The position numbers were made by a program, and so were the translations under genes. The notes under the pieces were generated by a model, which saw only the letters and a program-made list of their open reading frames with translations, had not been told where the DNA came from and ran no database searches. Shown piece after piece: positions 49,551 through 59,613 of a stretch of DNA of 64,000 bases. Every line of letters begins with the position of its first letter. The first letter of the stretch is position 1. Source of the stretch: Escherichia coli 042 (GTDB lineage: Bacteria; Pseudomonadota; Gammaproteobacteria; Enterobacterales; Enterobacteriaceae); the NCBI RefSeq assembly GCF_000027125.1, contig NC_017626.1. One strand, given 5' to 3'.

Positions 49551-50321
49551 TCACTCCACCCCAATCTCCACCCCAATCTCCATCCCATCAAACCCCGCCT
49601 CAAACCCCGACGGCAGTGCGTTTTCCATCAGCCACGCATCAAACTGGTGGCTGATATGGGTCAGAATCACCCGTGGCGAGCGGATAACCTGATTCAGCGC
49701 AAGCACGGTATTTAAATCACAGTGATTACGCGGTGCATCCTCGCGCGGCGGGTGGCTGCAATCAATCACCATTACCTGTGGCTGATTATTGCGTAAAAAT
49801 TTCAGCGTTTTTTCCGGCAGGCCTGCGGTGTCAGACAGCCACGCCACCCGGCTATGTGCCGTTTCCAGTAAATAGCCGAAAGTGAGTTTCGAATGATTGA
49901 GCGGCAGCGGCGTGACCTGTAATCCCTGCAAATCAAACACTACAAACGGTTCCACCGTGTGGCTGAAATCAAGCAGGCCCGGATGTTTAAACAGATCGTC
50001 GCAGCCCTGTTCATCCGGCGGGCCGTAGACCGGGATCGAATCGCCCACGCCCCAGCGCAGCGGAAACAGCCCCTGCACGTGATCCATATGGTAGTGCGTC
50101 AGCAAAAACTGCTGGAACGATCCGGGCGACCAGCGATCGGCGAGATCGTGCAGCCCGGCGTCGATCAGGGTGATCGCGTCGTTAAACTTCACGACGCCGC
50201 TGCATGGCTGGCGGCGATACTGTGGTGAGCGCCGCGCTCTGACGCAGGCCGCGCACTCGCAGCCCCATGCCGGAACGCCCTGTGCGCCGCCGGTGCCGGT
50301 GAGCGTGAGGGTCAGACTCAT
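49551..50321 (-). CDS. phnP: Phosphoribosyl 1,2-cyclic phosphate phosphodiesterase PhnP (256 aa here)
   Basis: Metallo-beta-lactamase motif THYHMDH; C-terminus carries a 12-bp tandem duplication (EIGVEIGVE). Confidence 0.9.
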   Translation of the reverse strand: MSLTLTLTGTGGAQGVPAWGCECAACVRARRSPQYRRQPCSGVVKFNDAITLIDAGLHDLADRWSPGSFQQFLLTHYHMDHVQGLFPLRWGVGDSIPVYGPPDEQGCDDLFKHPGLLDFSHTVEPFVVFDLQGLQVTPLPLNHSKLTFGYLLETAHSRVAWLSDTAGLPEKTLKFLRNNQPQVMVIDCSHPPREDAPRNHCDLNTVLALNQVIRSPRVILTHISHQFDAWLMENALPSGFEAGFDGMEIGVEIGVE

Positions 50322-50322
50322 G

Positions 50323-50757
50323 TTACAGCGCCTTGGTGAAGCGGAAGTGACTCTGCTCGTAGCCTTCTCGCAGATAGAAACGGTGCGCGTCGTGGCGCTT
50401 CACGTTGGTCGAAAGCTCAGTCATTTCGGCCCCGGCCTGGCGGGCTTCTTCTTCTGCCCACGCCAGCAACTTGCTACCGACGTTCAGGCCGCGCGCCTGC
50501 GGCATCACCACCAACTCCTGAATTTCGCCGATCCAGTTGACATGATGCAGATGAAACTGCAAATGCAGGCCGATCATGCCGACAACTTCGCCATCCAGTA
50601 GCGCCAGATGGTAGCGCATGTTTGGGTCGCGCAGGTTGGCGTTAAAGCCCACGCGAAACGCGTGGTGGTCAAACTCCGCCTGTTTTAGCTCACAAATCAG
50701 CGCGTAAACTGCGTCGGTGTCGTACTGCGTAGCCGGGCGAAGCTCACAAGCAGGCAT
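50323..50757 (-). CDS. phnO: Aminoalkylphosphonate N-acetyltransferase PhnO (144 aa)
   Basis: GNAT-fold translation [34 protein letters not shown]... Confidence 0.9.
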
Positions 50758-51301
50758 GGTGTTTCTCCTTCTGATGAATCAGCGTCAGCAGCTTGTCGAC
50801 CGACTGGCGCAGGCTGCCGTCATTATTGAGCGTAAGACAATCCTGAGGAGTATAGCGGGCAGCGCGTGCCAGTCGGGCGTTAATTTCACTGGCATTTTCA
50901 CGACCACGGTTTTCGAGGCGCTGGCGCAGGATCTCCGGCGAAACCTGTAAACAAACGGGCAGCAGCGCCGATTGATAGCGCGCCCGCGCCTGCGGCAGAT
51001 GGGCGCGTGAGCCGTTGACCATCACGTCAAATCCAGCGTGCAGCCAGAGGTCAATCTCGACGCCGATGCCATAATACAGGCCGTTGGCGTGCCAGCTTAA
51101 GGCCAGAAGGTTCTGCCCCGCGCGGGTAAAAAACTCCTGCTCGCTCAGGGCGATATGGTTTTCACTTCCGGCGCTGGCGGCGCGCGTGATGTAGCGATGC
51201 GCTACCAGTAGCTGAGTTTGTTCCCGCTGGCGAAGTTCCGTCAACAGACTGTCTTTTCCGGAGCCAGAGGCCCCCATTAACCAAATCAGTTTTCCCGTCA
51301 T
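50744..51301 (-). CDS. phnN: Ribose 1,5-bisphosphate phosphokinase PhnN (185 aa)
   Basis: P-loop [12 protein letters not shown]; overlaps phnO. Confidence 0.9.
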
Positions 51302-52437
51302 CAGAACACCCTTTTACCCTGACGCCAGACGTGGTCGATATGAATGTGGTTGCCCTTGCGATGCGCCAGCACCAGGTCGGCGCGTTTGCCCTCGCCAATC
51401 ACCCCGCGATCCTGAAGATTAAGCGCCTGCGCCGGATTTTTAGTCACCAGCTTCACCGCCTGCGGCAGCGTAAAGCGGTTGCTCTCGTCATCGGCGACGC
51501 GAAATGCCGCATCGAGCAGGCTGGCGGGGTAGTAGTCGGAAGAGAGGATATCCAGCAGGCCAAGCTGCGCCAGTTCACTGGCCGCCACGTTGCCGGAGTG
51601 CGAACCGCCGCGCACGATATTCGGCGCGCCCATCAGCACGTTCATGCCATGCTTGCGCGAGGCTTCTGCCGCTTCGAACGTGGTGGGAAATTCGGCGATC
51701 ACGCTGCCAAGCTGGTGGGATTCGGCAACGTGCGCGTGCGTGGCGTCATCGTGGCTGGCGAGGGCAATGTGTCGCGCGCGGCACATTGCGGCGATGGTTT
51801 CGCGATTTGGCTGCGACCAGCGTGCGGCGAGCGCCAATTGCTCTTCTTCGTACTGCTGCATCTGCGCATCGGTGAGGGAATATTTGCCCTGATAATATTC
51901 GCGATACTTCTCGCGATTGGCGAACTGGCGCTGGCCTGGCGAGTGGTCCATCAGCGATACCAGCGTCACCGGTTCGCGCTGCACCAGTTTTTCAAACAGC
52001 GGCAACGTGGTGTGGTGCGGCAGTTCGCAGCGCAGGTGCAGGCGGTGCTCGGCGCGGTTGACGCCGCGTTTCTGCGTCTCTTCGATGGCGTTGATCATCT
52101 TCTCCAGATTCTCCAGCCGATCGCCGCCGTCGCGCACATCACCAATCGCCACGGCGTCCAGTACGGTGGTGATGCCGCTTGCCACCATCAGCGCGTCGTG
52201 GCTGCTCATCGCCGAATGGGCGGGCCAGTCGACTTTCGGGCGCGGGGTGAAGAATTTATCGAGGTTGTCGGTATGCAGCTCAATCAGGCCGGGTAGTAGC
52301 CAGCCACCTTCGCCGTCCATCGCTTCCGGCTGGCGGCTCTGGCTTTCGGCAAAGGCGCGAATTTCGCCATCCTGTACTTCCAGTGAACCGTGCACCACTT
52401 CGTTTTCCAGCACCAGTTTGACGTTATTGATAATCAT
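51301..52437 (-). CDS. phnM: RPnTP diphosphatase PhnM (amidohydrolase family, 378 aa)
   Basis: Translation [33 protein letters not shown]... Confidence 0.9.
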   Translation of the reverse strand: MIINNVKLVLENEVVHGSLEVQDGEIRAFAESQSRQPEAMDGEGGWLLPGLIELHTDNLDKFFTPRPKVDWPAHSAMSSHDALMVASGITTVLDAVAIGDVRDGGDRLENLEKMINAIEETQKRGVNRAEHRLHLRCELPHHTTLPLFEKLVQREPVTLVSLMDHSPGQRQFANREKYREYYQGKYSLTDAQMQQYEEEQLALAARWSQPNRETIAAMCRARHIALASHDDATHAHVAESHQLGSVIAEFPTTFEAAEASRKHGMNVLMGAPNIVRGGSHSGNVAASELAQLGLLDILSSDYYPASLLDAAFRVADDESNRFTLPQAVKLVTKNPAQALNLQDRGVIGEGKRADLVLAHRKGNHIHIDHVWRQGKRVF

Positions 52438-53114
52438 GAAGAGGCTCCCATCGGGTGCAGGCGGTCGGCGACGTCATTGCGTACGGCTTCGTCATGGAAG
52501 ATACCGACGATGGCTGCGCCACGGGCTTTAGCTTCGAGAATCAGTTCCACCACCGCGGCGCTGTTTTTGGCGTCCAGCGAGGCGGTAGGTTCGTCGAGCA
52601 GCAGAATGGGGTAGTCGACGATAAAGCCACGGGCGATGTTGACGCGCTGCTGTTCGCCGCCGGAGAAGGTCGATGGTGCAAGGTGCCACAGGCGTTCAGG
52701 CACGTTCAGGCGCGTCAGTAATCGGGCGGCTTTAGCGGCGCAGGCTTCACGCGGTACGCCGGTATCGAGCAGAGGCTGCATCACCACTTCCAGTGCCGAA
52801 ATACGCGGGATGACGCGCAGAAACTGGCTCACCCAGCCGATGGTGGTTTTGCGGATCTCCACCACTTTGCGGGCTGGCGCGGTGACCAGGTCTACCCATT
52901 CCTCACCGTGTTTGATCTGGATTTGCCCTTCGTCGGGCAGATAGTTGGCGTACAGCGAGCGCAGCAGGGTTGATTTTCCGCTGCCGGAGTGGCCGTGAAG
53001 CACCACGCATTCGCCTGCGTTGACGGTGAGCGAGGCACGTTGTAAGACGGGCAGGCGCACGCCGTTTTGCTGGTGCAGGATGAAGGTTTTACTGACGTTT
53101 TGTACGTTAATCAT
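52434..53114 (-). CDS. phnL: C-P lyase ABC-type ATPase PhnL (226 aa)
   Basis: Walker [13 protein letters not shown] (cat) at 53112..53114. Confidence 0.9.
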   Translation of the reverse strand: MINVQNVSKTFILHQQNGVRLPVLQRASLTVNAGECVVLHGHSGSGKSTLLRSLYANYLPDEGQIQIKHGEEWVDLVTAPARKVVEIRKTTIGWVSQFLRVIPRISALEVVMQPLLDTGVPREACAAKAARLLTRLNVPERLWHLAPSTFSGGEQQRVNIARGFIVDYPILLLDEPTASLDAKNSAAVVELILEAKARGAAIVGIFHDEAVRNDVADRLHPMGASS

Positions 53115-53147
53115 TTTTCGCCTCGTGGTTCGCATATTGGGGATCGG

Positions 53148-53220
53148 CGCGCGCATTGCCCCTCACCCTAGCCCTCTCCCCTCTGGGGAGAGGGCCGGGG
53201 TGAGGGGACCAGCGCGCACG
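53148..53220. repeat. GC-rich nested palindromic intergenic element between phnK and phnL (boxC-like)
   Basis: gcgcgc..cccctcaccc..ccctctcccc-tct-ggggagaggg..gggtgagggg..gcgcgc: perfect 10-bp inner stem nested in an outer stem. Confidence 0.7.
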
Positions 53221-53230
53221 GTGTTGCAAC

Positions 53231-53989
53231 TCAATTCTGCAAAACCGATGACACCAGCAGCTGGGTATACGGATGATGCGGGTCGTCGAGCACGCGGTCG
53301 GTTAACCCACTCTCCACTACTTGCCCCTGCTTCATCACCAGCAAACGGTCCGCCAGCAGGCGGGCGACGCCAAGATCGTGGGTAACAATCACTACCGCCA
53401 GGTTCAGCTCCACCACCAGGCCGCGCAGCAGGTCGAGCAGGCGCGCCTGCACCGACACATCCAGCCCGCCGGTTGGTTCGTCCATAAACACCAGCTTCGG
53501 ATGCGTCACCAGGTTGCGGGCAATCTGCAAACGCTGCTGCATGCCGCCGGAAAAGGTGGTTGGCAGGTCGTCGATCCGGTTAGCGGGAATCTCGACCTCT
53601 TCCAGCCACTTCTGCGCGGTGGCGCGAATATCGCCGTAATGACGCGCCCCGGTCGCCATCAGCCGCTCGCCGATATTGCCGCCTGCCGACACCTGGCGGC
53701 GCAGGCCGTCGAGCGGATGCTGATGCACCACGCCCCATTCGGTGCGCAGCAGGCGACGGCGATCGGCCTCGCTCATGCCATAGAGGGAACGGTTTTCATA
53801 GTGAATCTCCCCTTGCTGCGGCGTCAGACGCGCGGAAATTGATTTCAGCAGCGTGGTCTTCCCGGAGCCGGACTCCCCGACGATGCCCAGCACTTCCCCC
53901 GGCCATAAATCAAAAGAGACATCGCTAAAGCCTTTGCCCGGCGCGTAAAGGTGGGTCAGGTTATTGACCGAAAGTAAAGGTTGATTCAT
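53231..53989 (-). CDS. phnK: C-P lyase ABC-type ATPase PhnK (252 aa)
   Basis: Walker A GESGSGKTT; ATG (cat) at 53987..53989. Confidence 0.9.
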   Translation of the reverse strand: MNQPLLSVNNLTHLYAPGKGFSDVSFDLWPGEVLGIVGESGSGKTTLLKSISARLTPQQGEIHYENRSLYGMSEADRRRLLRTEWGVVHQHPLDGLRRQVSAGGNIGERLMATGARHYGDIRATAQKWLEEVEIPANRIDDLPTTFSGGMQQRLQIARNLVTHPKLVFMDEPTGGLDVSVQARLLDLLRGLVVELNLAVVIVTHDLGVARLLADRLLVMKQGQVVESGLTDRVLDDPHHPYTQLLVSSVLQN

Positions 53990-54831
53990 TGGTTTTTTGC
54001 CTCGCTCTGTTGGCGGCAATAATCGGTATCGGAGCAGACAAACATGCGGTTTCCGGCGTCATCCAGCACCACTTCGTCGAGATAGCTGTGGGTCGATCCG
54101 CAGATGGCGCATGGCTCATCCCACTGCTGAACGGTGAACGGGTGATCGTCGAAATCGAGGCTTTCCACGCGGGTAAACGGCGGCACCGCATAGATGCGCT
54201 TCTCGCGTCCTGCGCCGAACAGCTGCAGGGCGGGCATCATGTTCATTTTCGGATTATCGAATTTTGGGATCGGCGATGGGTCCATGACGTAGCGCCCGTT
54301 CACCTTCACCGGATAGGCATAAGTGGTGGCGATATGACCGAAGCGGGCGATATCTTCATACAGTTTCACCTGCATCACGCCGTACTCCTCCAGCGCGTGC
54401 ATAGTGCGGGTTTCCGTTTCGCGCGGCTCGATAAAGCGCAGCGGTTCCGGGATCGGTACCTGGAAAATAATGATCTGATCTTCGGTCAGCGACGTTTCGG
54501 GGATGCGGTGGCGGGTCTGGATAAGCGTCGCATCGTCCGTACGTTCAGTGGTGTTTACCCCGGTCACGCGCTTAAAGAAGTTGCGAATTGATACGGCGTT
54601 GGTGGTGTCATCCGCACCCTGGTCAATCACCTTCAACACGTCGCTTTCGCCAATCACGCTGGCGGTAAGCTGGATACCACCAGTTCCCCAGCCGTACGGC
54701 ATCGGCATCTCGCGCCCGCCAAACGGCACCTGATAACCGGGGATCGCCACCGCTTTTAAGATGGCGCGGCGGATCATGCGTTTGGTCTGCTCGTCGAGGT
54801 AGGCAAAGTTGTAGCCGCTCAGATTAGCCAT
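53986..54831 (-). CDS. phnJ: C-P lyase catalytic subunit PhnJ (radical SAM-like, 281 aa)
   Basis: Translation MANLSGYNFAYLDEQTKRMIRRAILKAVAIPGYQVPF...; C-terminal Cys cluster CAICGS..C..C. Confidence 0.9.
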   Translation of the reverse strand: MANLSGYNFAYLDEQTKRMIRRAILKAVAIPGYQVPFGGREMPMPYGWGTGGIQLTASVIGESDVLKVIDQGADDTTNAVSIRNFFKRVTGVNTTERTDDATLIQTRHRIPETSLTEDQIIIFQVPIPEPLRFIEPRETETRTMHALEEYGVMQVKLYEDIARFGHIATTYAYPVKVNGRYVMDPSPIPKFDNPKMNMMPALQLFGAGREKRIYAVPPFTRVESLDFDDHPFTVQQWDEPCAICGSTHSYLDEVVLDDAGNRMFVCSDTDYCRQQSEAKNQ

Positions 54832-55888
54832 GGTTCTGCTCCTGTTGCAGACGTTTGAGTAGCTCCAGTTCGGCCTGGAAATCGACGTAGTGCGGGAGTT
54901 TAAGGTGCGAGACAAAGCCTGCGGCTTCGACGTTGTCGGCATGCGCCAGCACGAACTCTTCATCCTGCGCCGGGCCTGTCGCGTGCTCGCCGTACTCCGG
55001 GGCTTGTAGAGCGCGGTCAACCAGCGCCATCGCCATCGCTTTGCGCTCGCTCATGCCGAACACCAGCCCGTAGCCGCGCGTGAAGTGCGGCGGCTCATCC
55101 GGCGGGTCGATAAAACCGTTGACCATTTCACATTCGGTCATCAGCAGTTCGCCGACGTTCACCGCAAATCCCAGCTCTTCCGGCACAATCGACACGTCGA
55201 TATAGCCGCTGCGGATTTCGCCTGCGAACGGATGATTGCGTCCGTAACCACGCTGGGTGGAGTAGGCCAGCGCCAGCAAATAGCCTTCGTCGCCGCGCAT
55301 TAATTGTTGCAGGCGGGAGGAGCGTGAGCAGGGGTAAACCGGCGGCGTGCGGGTGATGTCATCCGGCTGTGCGCCGCTATCCTCCTCAAACTTCGCCAGC
55401 CCCTGACGCGCCAGCAGGCTGAAAACGTGCGGCGACGGCTGTTGTGCGCTGTCGGCGGTGGTCAGCGTCGGCGCTTCGCCGTTTGCCAGCAGGGTGAAAT
55501 CGAGCAGGCGATGGGTGTAGTCGTAGGTTGGGCCAAGCAGCTGGCCGCCGGGAATATCTTTATAAACCGCTGAAATACGCCGTTCGAGACGCATCTCCGT
55601 GGTGTCGAGCGGCTCGCTTACCGCGAGCTTAGCCAGCGTGGTGCGGTAAGCGCGTAGCAGGAAAATCGCTTCGACGTTATCGCCGCTGGCCTGTTTCAGC
55701 GCCAGCGCCGCCAGTTCGCGGTCGGCAATGCCGCCTTCGGTCATCACGCGATCTACTGCAAGATTAAGCTGCTGTTCAATCTGGGCGACGCTCAGTTCAG
55801 GCAAATCGGTATTGCCCCGGCGTCGGCTCTCTTGCAGGGCGTGGGCGGCGTCGATCGCCTTCTCGCCCCCTTTCACGGCAACGTACAT
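54824..55888 (-). CDS. phnI: C-P lyase core subunit PhnI (354 aa)
   Basis: Translation [41 protein letters not shown]... Confidence 0.9.
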   Translation of the reverse strand: MYVAVKGGEKAIDAAHALQESRRRGNTDLPELSVAQIEQQLNLAVDRVMTEGGIADRELAALALKQASGDNVEAIFLLRAYRTTLAKLAVSEPLDTTEMRLERRISAVYKDIPGGQLLGPTYDYTHRLLDFTLLANGEAPTLTTADSAQQPSPHVFSLLARQGLAKFEEDSGAQPDDITRTPPVYPCSRSSRLQQLMRGDEGYLLALAYSTQRGYGRNHPFAGEIRSGYIDVSIVPEELGFAVNVGELLMTECEMVNGFIDPPDEPPHFTRGYGLVFGMSERKAMAMALVDRALQAPEYGEHATGPAQDEEFVLAHADNVEAAGFVSHLKLPHYVDFQAELELLKRLQQEQNHG

Positions 55889-56472
55889 CAGCACACCTCC
55901 ACATGAGTGGTTCGCGGGATAGCCAGCAGCCGCTCGCCGCAGGTCAGGATCAGGTCGATGCCGAGCGGGAACGGGTGCGGGCGCTCGGTAAGTTCGTGCA
56001 GAATGCACTCCGGCAGCTGCGGGGCGATCATTCGTTCTTCGGCAATACCCGCGCCAGTAAGGCGCAGCATGCGCCCGCCGCTCAGGCTGACGACCTGTAA
56101 AATCAGCGTCGCGCCCGCTTCTGGCGCAACAGCGGTGCCGCTGGAAAGGGCGTTAAGCTGTTCGCTGGAAATCGCCTCATCCGTTACCGCGAAGGTCGCC
56201 TGTTCCGGCTGGCTGACCAGCGGCGCGTTGGTATGAAAACGCAGGCTCTGGCTGACGATATCGTTACTTAATGGCGCAGAAAGCCACACCGGCGTGTCGT
56301 TATCGGCCAGCGTCAGCAGCACGCTGGTGGTGGCGATATTCAGTGGCTGCCAGCCGCGCTTGAGCTGATGCAGGGCGACAATCACGCCCGGCTCGCTCAT
56401 GGCCTTTAACAGGCGACGAAAACTGTGCTGGGCATCCTGCACGGGAAGCATAAAAGCGGTTTCCAGGGTCAT
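55888..56472 (-). CDS. phnH: C-P lyase core subunit PhnH (194 aa)
   Basis: Translation [34 protein letters not shown]... Confidence 0.9.
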   Translation of the reverse strand: MTLETAFMLPVQDAQHSFRRLLKAMSEPGVIVALHQLKRGWQPLNIATTSVLLTLADNDTPVWLSAPLSNDIVSQSLRFHTNAPLVSQPEQATFAVTDEAISSEQLNALSSGTAVAPEAGATLILQVVSLSGGRMLRLTGAGIAEERMIAPQLPECILHELTERPHPFPLGIDLILTCGERLLAIPRTTHVEVC

Positions 56473-56921
56473 GCGTTATCTCCGCGAACCATCGTAAAGA
56501 AGTCGACCCGGCTGGCGTTCACTTCGGCCTGGCGTGCGGCAATGCGTGCCATACGGTCAGCGTCCAGCGGGGCAATAAGGGTTTCTGATAAGTTTTGAAA
56601 ATGGCGGGTTTGCTGCATCAGCGCGTCAATCAGCGCGCAGCGTTCGGCGTGCTGTTTGTCGCGCCCCAGCACCCAGCTGTAGCCGAGCGTGCCGTCAGTC
56701 AGGCGTACGGTGGCGCGGGTGAGCGTGGCGTCGCCAGCAAAAAAGCGTTCGCCGGTGCCACCCATCCGCGCCTGAATCTGCACCAGGCCGGTTTCAGCGG
56801 CGCGGATTACTTCATAGTCGGCAGTGATGTTCAGCGCCTTCAGGCGGGCTGCCAGTTCAGCCGGTTGGCTGTGTGCCAGTACGGACATCCAGTGCTGGCG
56901 GGTCGCGGTATCTGCGTGCAT
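56469..56921 (-). CDS. phnG: C-P lyase core subunit PhnG (150 aa)
   Basis: Translation [32 protein letters not shown]... Confidence 0.9.
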   Translation of the reverse strand: MHADTATRQHWMSVLAHSQPAELAARLKALNITADYEVIRAAETGLVQIQARMGGTGERFFAGDATLTRATVRLTDGTLGYSWVLGRDKQHAERCALIDALMQQTRHFQNLSETLIAPLDADRMARIAARQAEVNASRVDFFTMVRGDNA

Positions 56922-57647
56922 TCAGTGCTCCATAGTGAATTCAATCATGTCGGCGCGCGTCAGGCTGACGGAGTACTCCGCCGGGCTGCTTTCACCGTCA
57001 CGGTGGTTAAGGGTGCGCACGCACAGCAGCGGCGACATATTCGGGATTTCAAGACGCTGGCACTCTTTGGCCTGGGCGCGGCGGGCGCTGATCCGCGTCT
57101 GGCTGCGGCGCAGCGCAATCCCCGTTTGCTCGCGCAGAAAATCGTGCAGCGAGCCGCTGTCGAAGCGTTGCAGCGTCGGCCAGAGGGTGAGGTCCGCAAA
57201 GTAGTGGTCGATTAAACAGAGCGCGACGCCGTTGACCCGGCGCAGGGTGCGCAGGTGGATAACGTTCTCGCCCTCGGTTATCCCCAGCGCGTCAGCGACG
57301 TGACCGGAGGCCGGGCGCAGCACCGACAGCAGTTTTTCGCTGGTGGGATGGCTGCCCTGATCCAGCAGGTTCTGGCTAAAACGCGCCTGGGCGTTGAGCG
57401 GGTAATCGAACGGGCGCATCAGTACCAGCACGCCGACGCCCTGACGGCGCTGTACCCAGCCTTTTTCCACCAGTTGGTCGATGGCGCGGCGCAGGGTGTG
57501 GCGGTTCACCTCAAAGCGCGCCGCCAGTTGCTGCTCGGCGGGAAGATAGTCGCCGCAGCGGTAGTGTTGACGAAGCTCCTGCTCAAGTTTTGCGGCTATC
57601 TCCTGATAGCGTGTTGGGTAGCTGGTCGGATGTGTAGACAAGTGCAT
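56922..57647 (-). CDS. phnF: GntR-family repressor PhnF (241 aa)
   Basis: N-terminal winged HTH, UTRA-like C-terminus; ATG (cat) at 57645..57647. Confidence 0.88.
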   Translation of the reverse strand: MHLSTHPTSYPTRYQEIAAKLEQELRQHYRCGDYLPAEQQLAARFEVNRHTLRRAIDQLVEKGWVQRRQGVGVLVLMRPFDYPLNAQARFSQNLLDQGSHPTSEKLLSVLRPASGHVADALGITEGENVIHLRTLRRVNGVALCLIDHYFADLTLWPTLQRFDSGSLHDFLREQTGIALRRSQTRISARRAQAKECQRLEIPNMSPLLCVRTLNHRDGESSPAEYSVSLTRADMIEFTMEH

Positions 57648-57667
57648 AGATATCAATGCCTCGCTTA

Positions 57668-58447
57668 TCAGATAAAGTGCTTACGCAACCGTTGAGAGAG
57701 GAAATCCAGCAGGCTGACCGTGACGATAATCAGCACCATCAGGGCGCAGGTTTGCTGGAACTGGAAACCGCGAATCGCTTCCCACAGCGTGACGCCGATC
57801 CCGCCCGCGCCGACCATGCCAACAACGGTGGCCGAACGGACGTTGGATTCGAAGCGATAGAGGGAGTAGGAGATCAGCAGCGGCATCACCTGCGGCAGCA
57901 CGCCGTAGAGGATCTCTTCGAGCTTGTTGGCACCGGTGGCGCGAATACCTTCCACCGGGCCGGGTTCAATTGCTTCTACCGCTTCGGAAAGCAGTTTGGA
58001 GAGCACGCCGGTGGTGTGGATAAACAGCGCCAGCACGCCAGCGAACGGGCCAAGGCCGACGGCGACCACGAACAGCATGGCGAAGACCATTTCGTTAATG
58101 GCGCGGCAGGCGTCCATCAGGCGGCGTACGGGCTGGTAAACCCACCACGGCACCAGGTTTTCGGCGCTCATCAGACCGAAGGGGATGGAGAGAACCACCG
58201 CCAGCGCGGTGCCCCAGACGGCGATTTGCAGCGTGACGGCCATTTCGGTGAGGTAATCCTGCCACTGGCTGAAATCGGGCGGGAAGAAGTCGGCGGCGAA
58301 GGTTGCCATGTTGCCGCCGTCTTTAATCAGCGTGAGCGGGGCCATTTCCGCGCCCTGCCACGAGACGACCAGCACGGCGAGAACAATGGCCCAGCTCAGA
58401 AGCGAGAACCAGCTGCGCTTGGGTGGGGCGATGGTGATGGTTTGCAT
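57668..58447 (-). CDS. phnE: Phosphonate ABC transporter permease PhnE, intact (259 aa)
   Basis: Single uninterrupted ORF with multiple TM segments; this gene is frameshifted in K-12. Confidence 0.9.
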   Translation of the reverse strand: MQTITIAPPKRSWFSLLSWAIVLAVLVVSWQGAEMAPLTLIKDGGNMATFAADFFPPDFSQWQDYLTEMAVTLQIAVWGTALAVVLSIPFGLMSAENLVPWWVYQPVRRLMDACRAINEMVFAMLFVVAVGLGPFAGVLALFIHTTGVLSKLLSEAVEAIEPGPVEGIRATGANKLEEILYGVLPQVMPLLISYSLYRFESNVRSATVVGMVGAGGIGVTLWEAIRGFQFQQTCALMVLIIVTVSLLDFLSQRLRKHFI

Positions 58448-58464
58448 GTTTGGCTCCGTTTAAT

Positions 58465-58562
58465 GTTTTCTCCCTCTCCCTGTGGGAGAGGGCCGGGGTG
58501 AGGGCATCAGCGTGCGCATTTTCCCCTCATCCTAACCCTCTCCCTCAAGGGAGAGGGGACCG
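58465..58562. repeat. GC-rich double-hairpin palindromic element between phnD and phnE (boxC-like)
   Basis: ccctctccc-tgt-gggagaggg..ccggggtgaggg ... tcccctcatcc..ccctctccc-tcaa-gggagagggg; same motif family as the element at 53148..53220. Confidence 0.7.
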
Positions 58563-58572
58563 ATCGAGCACA

Positions 58573-59589
58573 TTACTGCACCGCTTTACTCACCGAACTC
58601 ATCGCGCTTAACGCGTTGTTCAGGCGGTCCAGGTCATCCAGTTGCGCCTGAATGGCGCTGGTTTTTGCCAGCTTGTCCTGCTCATTCAGCCCTTTATTAC
58701 CTTTTACGCCCTGCATCTCTTTAAACAGTGCGAGTTGGCGAATCGGCACCAGTTGCAGGTCGCTGGAGGCGCGGAACGGGGCCCATCCCAGGCGCTCCAG
58801 CACCGCTTTCTCTTCCGGCGTTTTGCCGTAGTTCATAAAGAAGTCGTAGATCTTGTCTTTGGTGGTTTCGGACAGATTTTTGCGCCAGACGATCGGATCG
58901 CCTGGGATCAGCGGCGATTTCCAGATCACCTTCAGTTCTTTGAGCTTCTCCGGTGCGGAGGTTTTCAGCTTGTCGAGGTTTTCGGTGTTGTTGGTCGCCA
59001 CATCCACCTGTTTGTTGGCGACGGCCAGCGCGTTGGTTTCATGCCCGGCGTTGACGGTGCGCTTGAAGTCGCTGGCGGAGATATTGTTTTTGGCGAAGAC
59101 GTAGTAGCCGGGGACGAGGAAGCCAGAGGTGGAGTTAGGATCGCCATTGCCGAAGGTGAGATCTTTACGCTTCGCCAGCAGATCATTCAGGTTGTTGATC
59201 GGACTGTCTTTGTTGACGATCAACACGCTCCAGTAACCCGGCGATCCATCCGCCGCGACCGTCTGGGCGAAGACCTGACCGTTGGCGCGATCCACCGCTT
59301 CCATCGCCGACAGATTGCCGTACCAGGCGATATCCACTTTATTGAAGCGCATCCCCTGGATAATGCCCGCGTAGTCCGGGGCAAAGAAGGCGTTGACCTT
59401 TACGCCCAGCTTCTTCTCCATATCCTGTAAGAACGGAGTCCATTGCGGTTTCAGGTTTTGCTGTGATTCCGTTGAAATAATGCCGAAATTCAGCGCCTTT
59501 TCCTGCTCTTCGGCGTGCGCCGGGCTTAACAGGGTGCTGAGGCTGAACATGCTGGTGAAGGCCAGCGAGGCAATTATCTTAGCATTCAT
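58573..59589 (-). CDS. phnD: Periplasmic phosphonate-binding protein PhnD (338 aa)
   Basis: Signal peptide MNAKIIASLAFTSMFSLSTLLSPAHA, substrate-binding fold. Confidence 0.92.
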   Translation of the reverse strand: MNAKIIASLAFTSMFSLSTLLSPAHAEEQEKALNFGIISTESQQNLKPQWTPFLQDMEKKLGVKVNAFFAPDYAGIIQGMRFNKVDIAWYGNLSAMEAVDRANGQVFAQTVAADGSPGYWSVLIVNKDSPINNLNDLLAKRKDLTFGNGDPNSTSGFLVPGYYVFAKNNISASDFKRTVNAGHETNALAVANKQVDVATNNTENLDKLKTSAPEKLKELKVIWKSPLIPGDPIVWRKNLSETTKDKIYDFFMNYGKTPEEKAVLERLGWAPFRASSDLQLVPIRQLALFKEMQGVKGNKGLNEQDKLAKTSAIQAQLDDLDRLNNALSAMSSVSKAVQ

Positions 59590-59613
59590 TCGTTTTCCTC
59601 AATGATGGGGATG

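Noticed and set aside
51331-52531. Plus-strand ORFs of 321, 123, 100 and 204 aa within phnM
   Set aside because: Antisense to phnM; Arg/Ala-rich shadow ORFs
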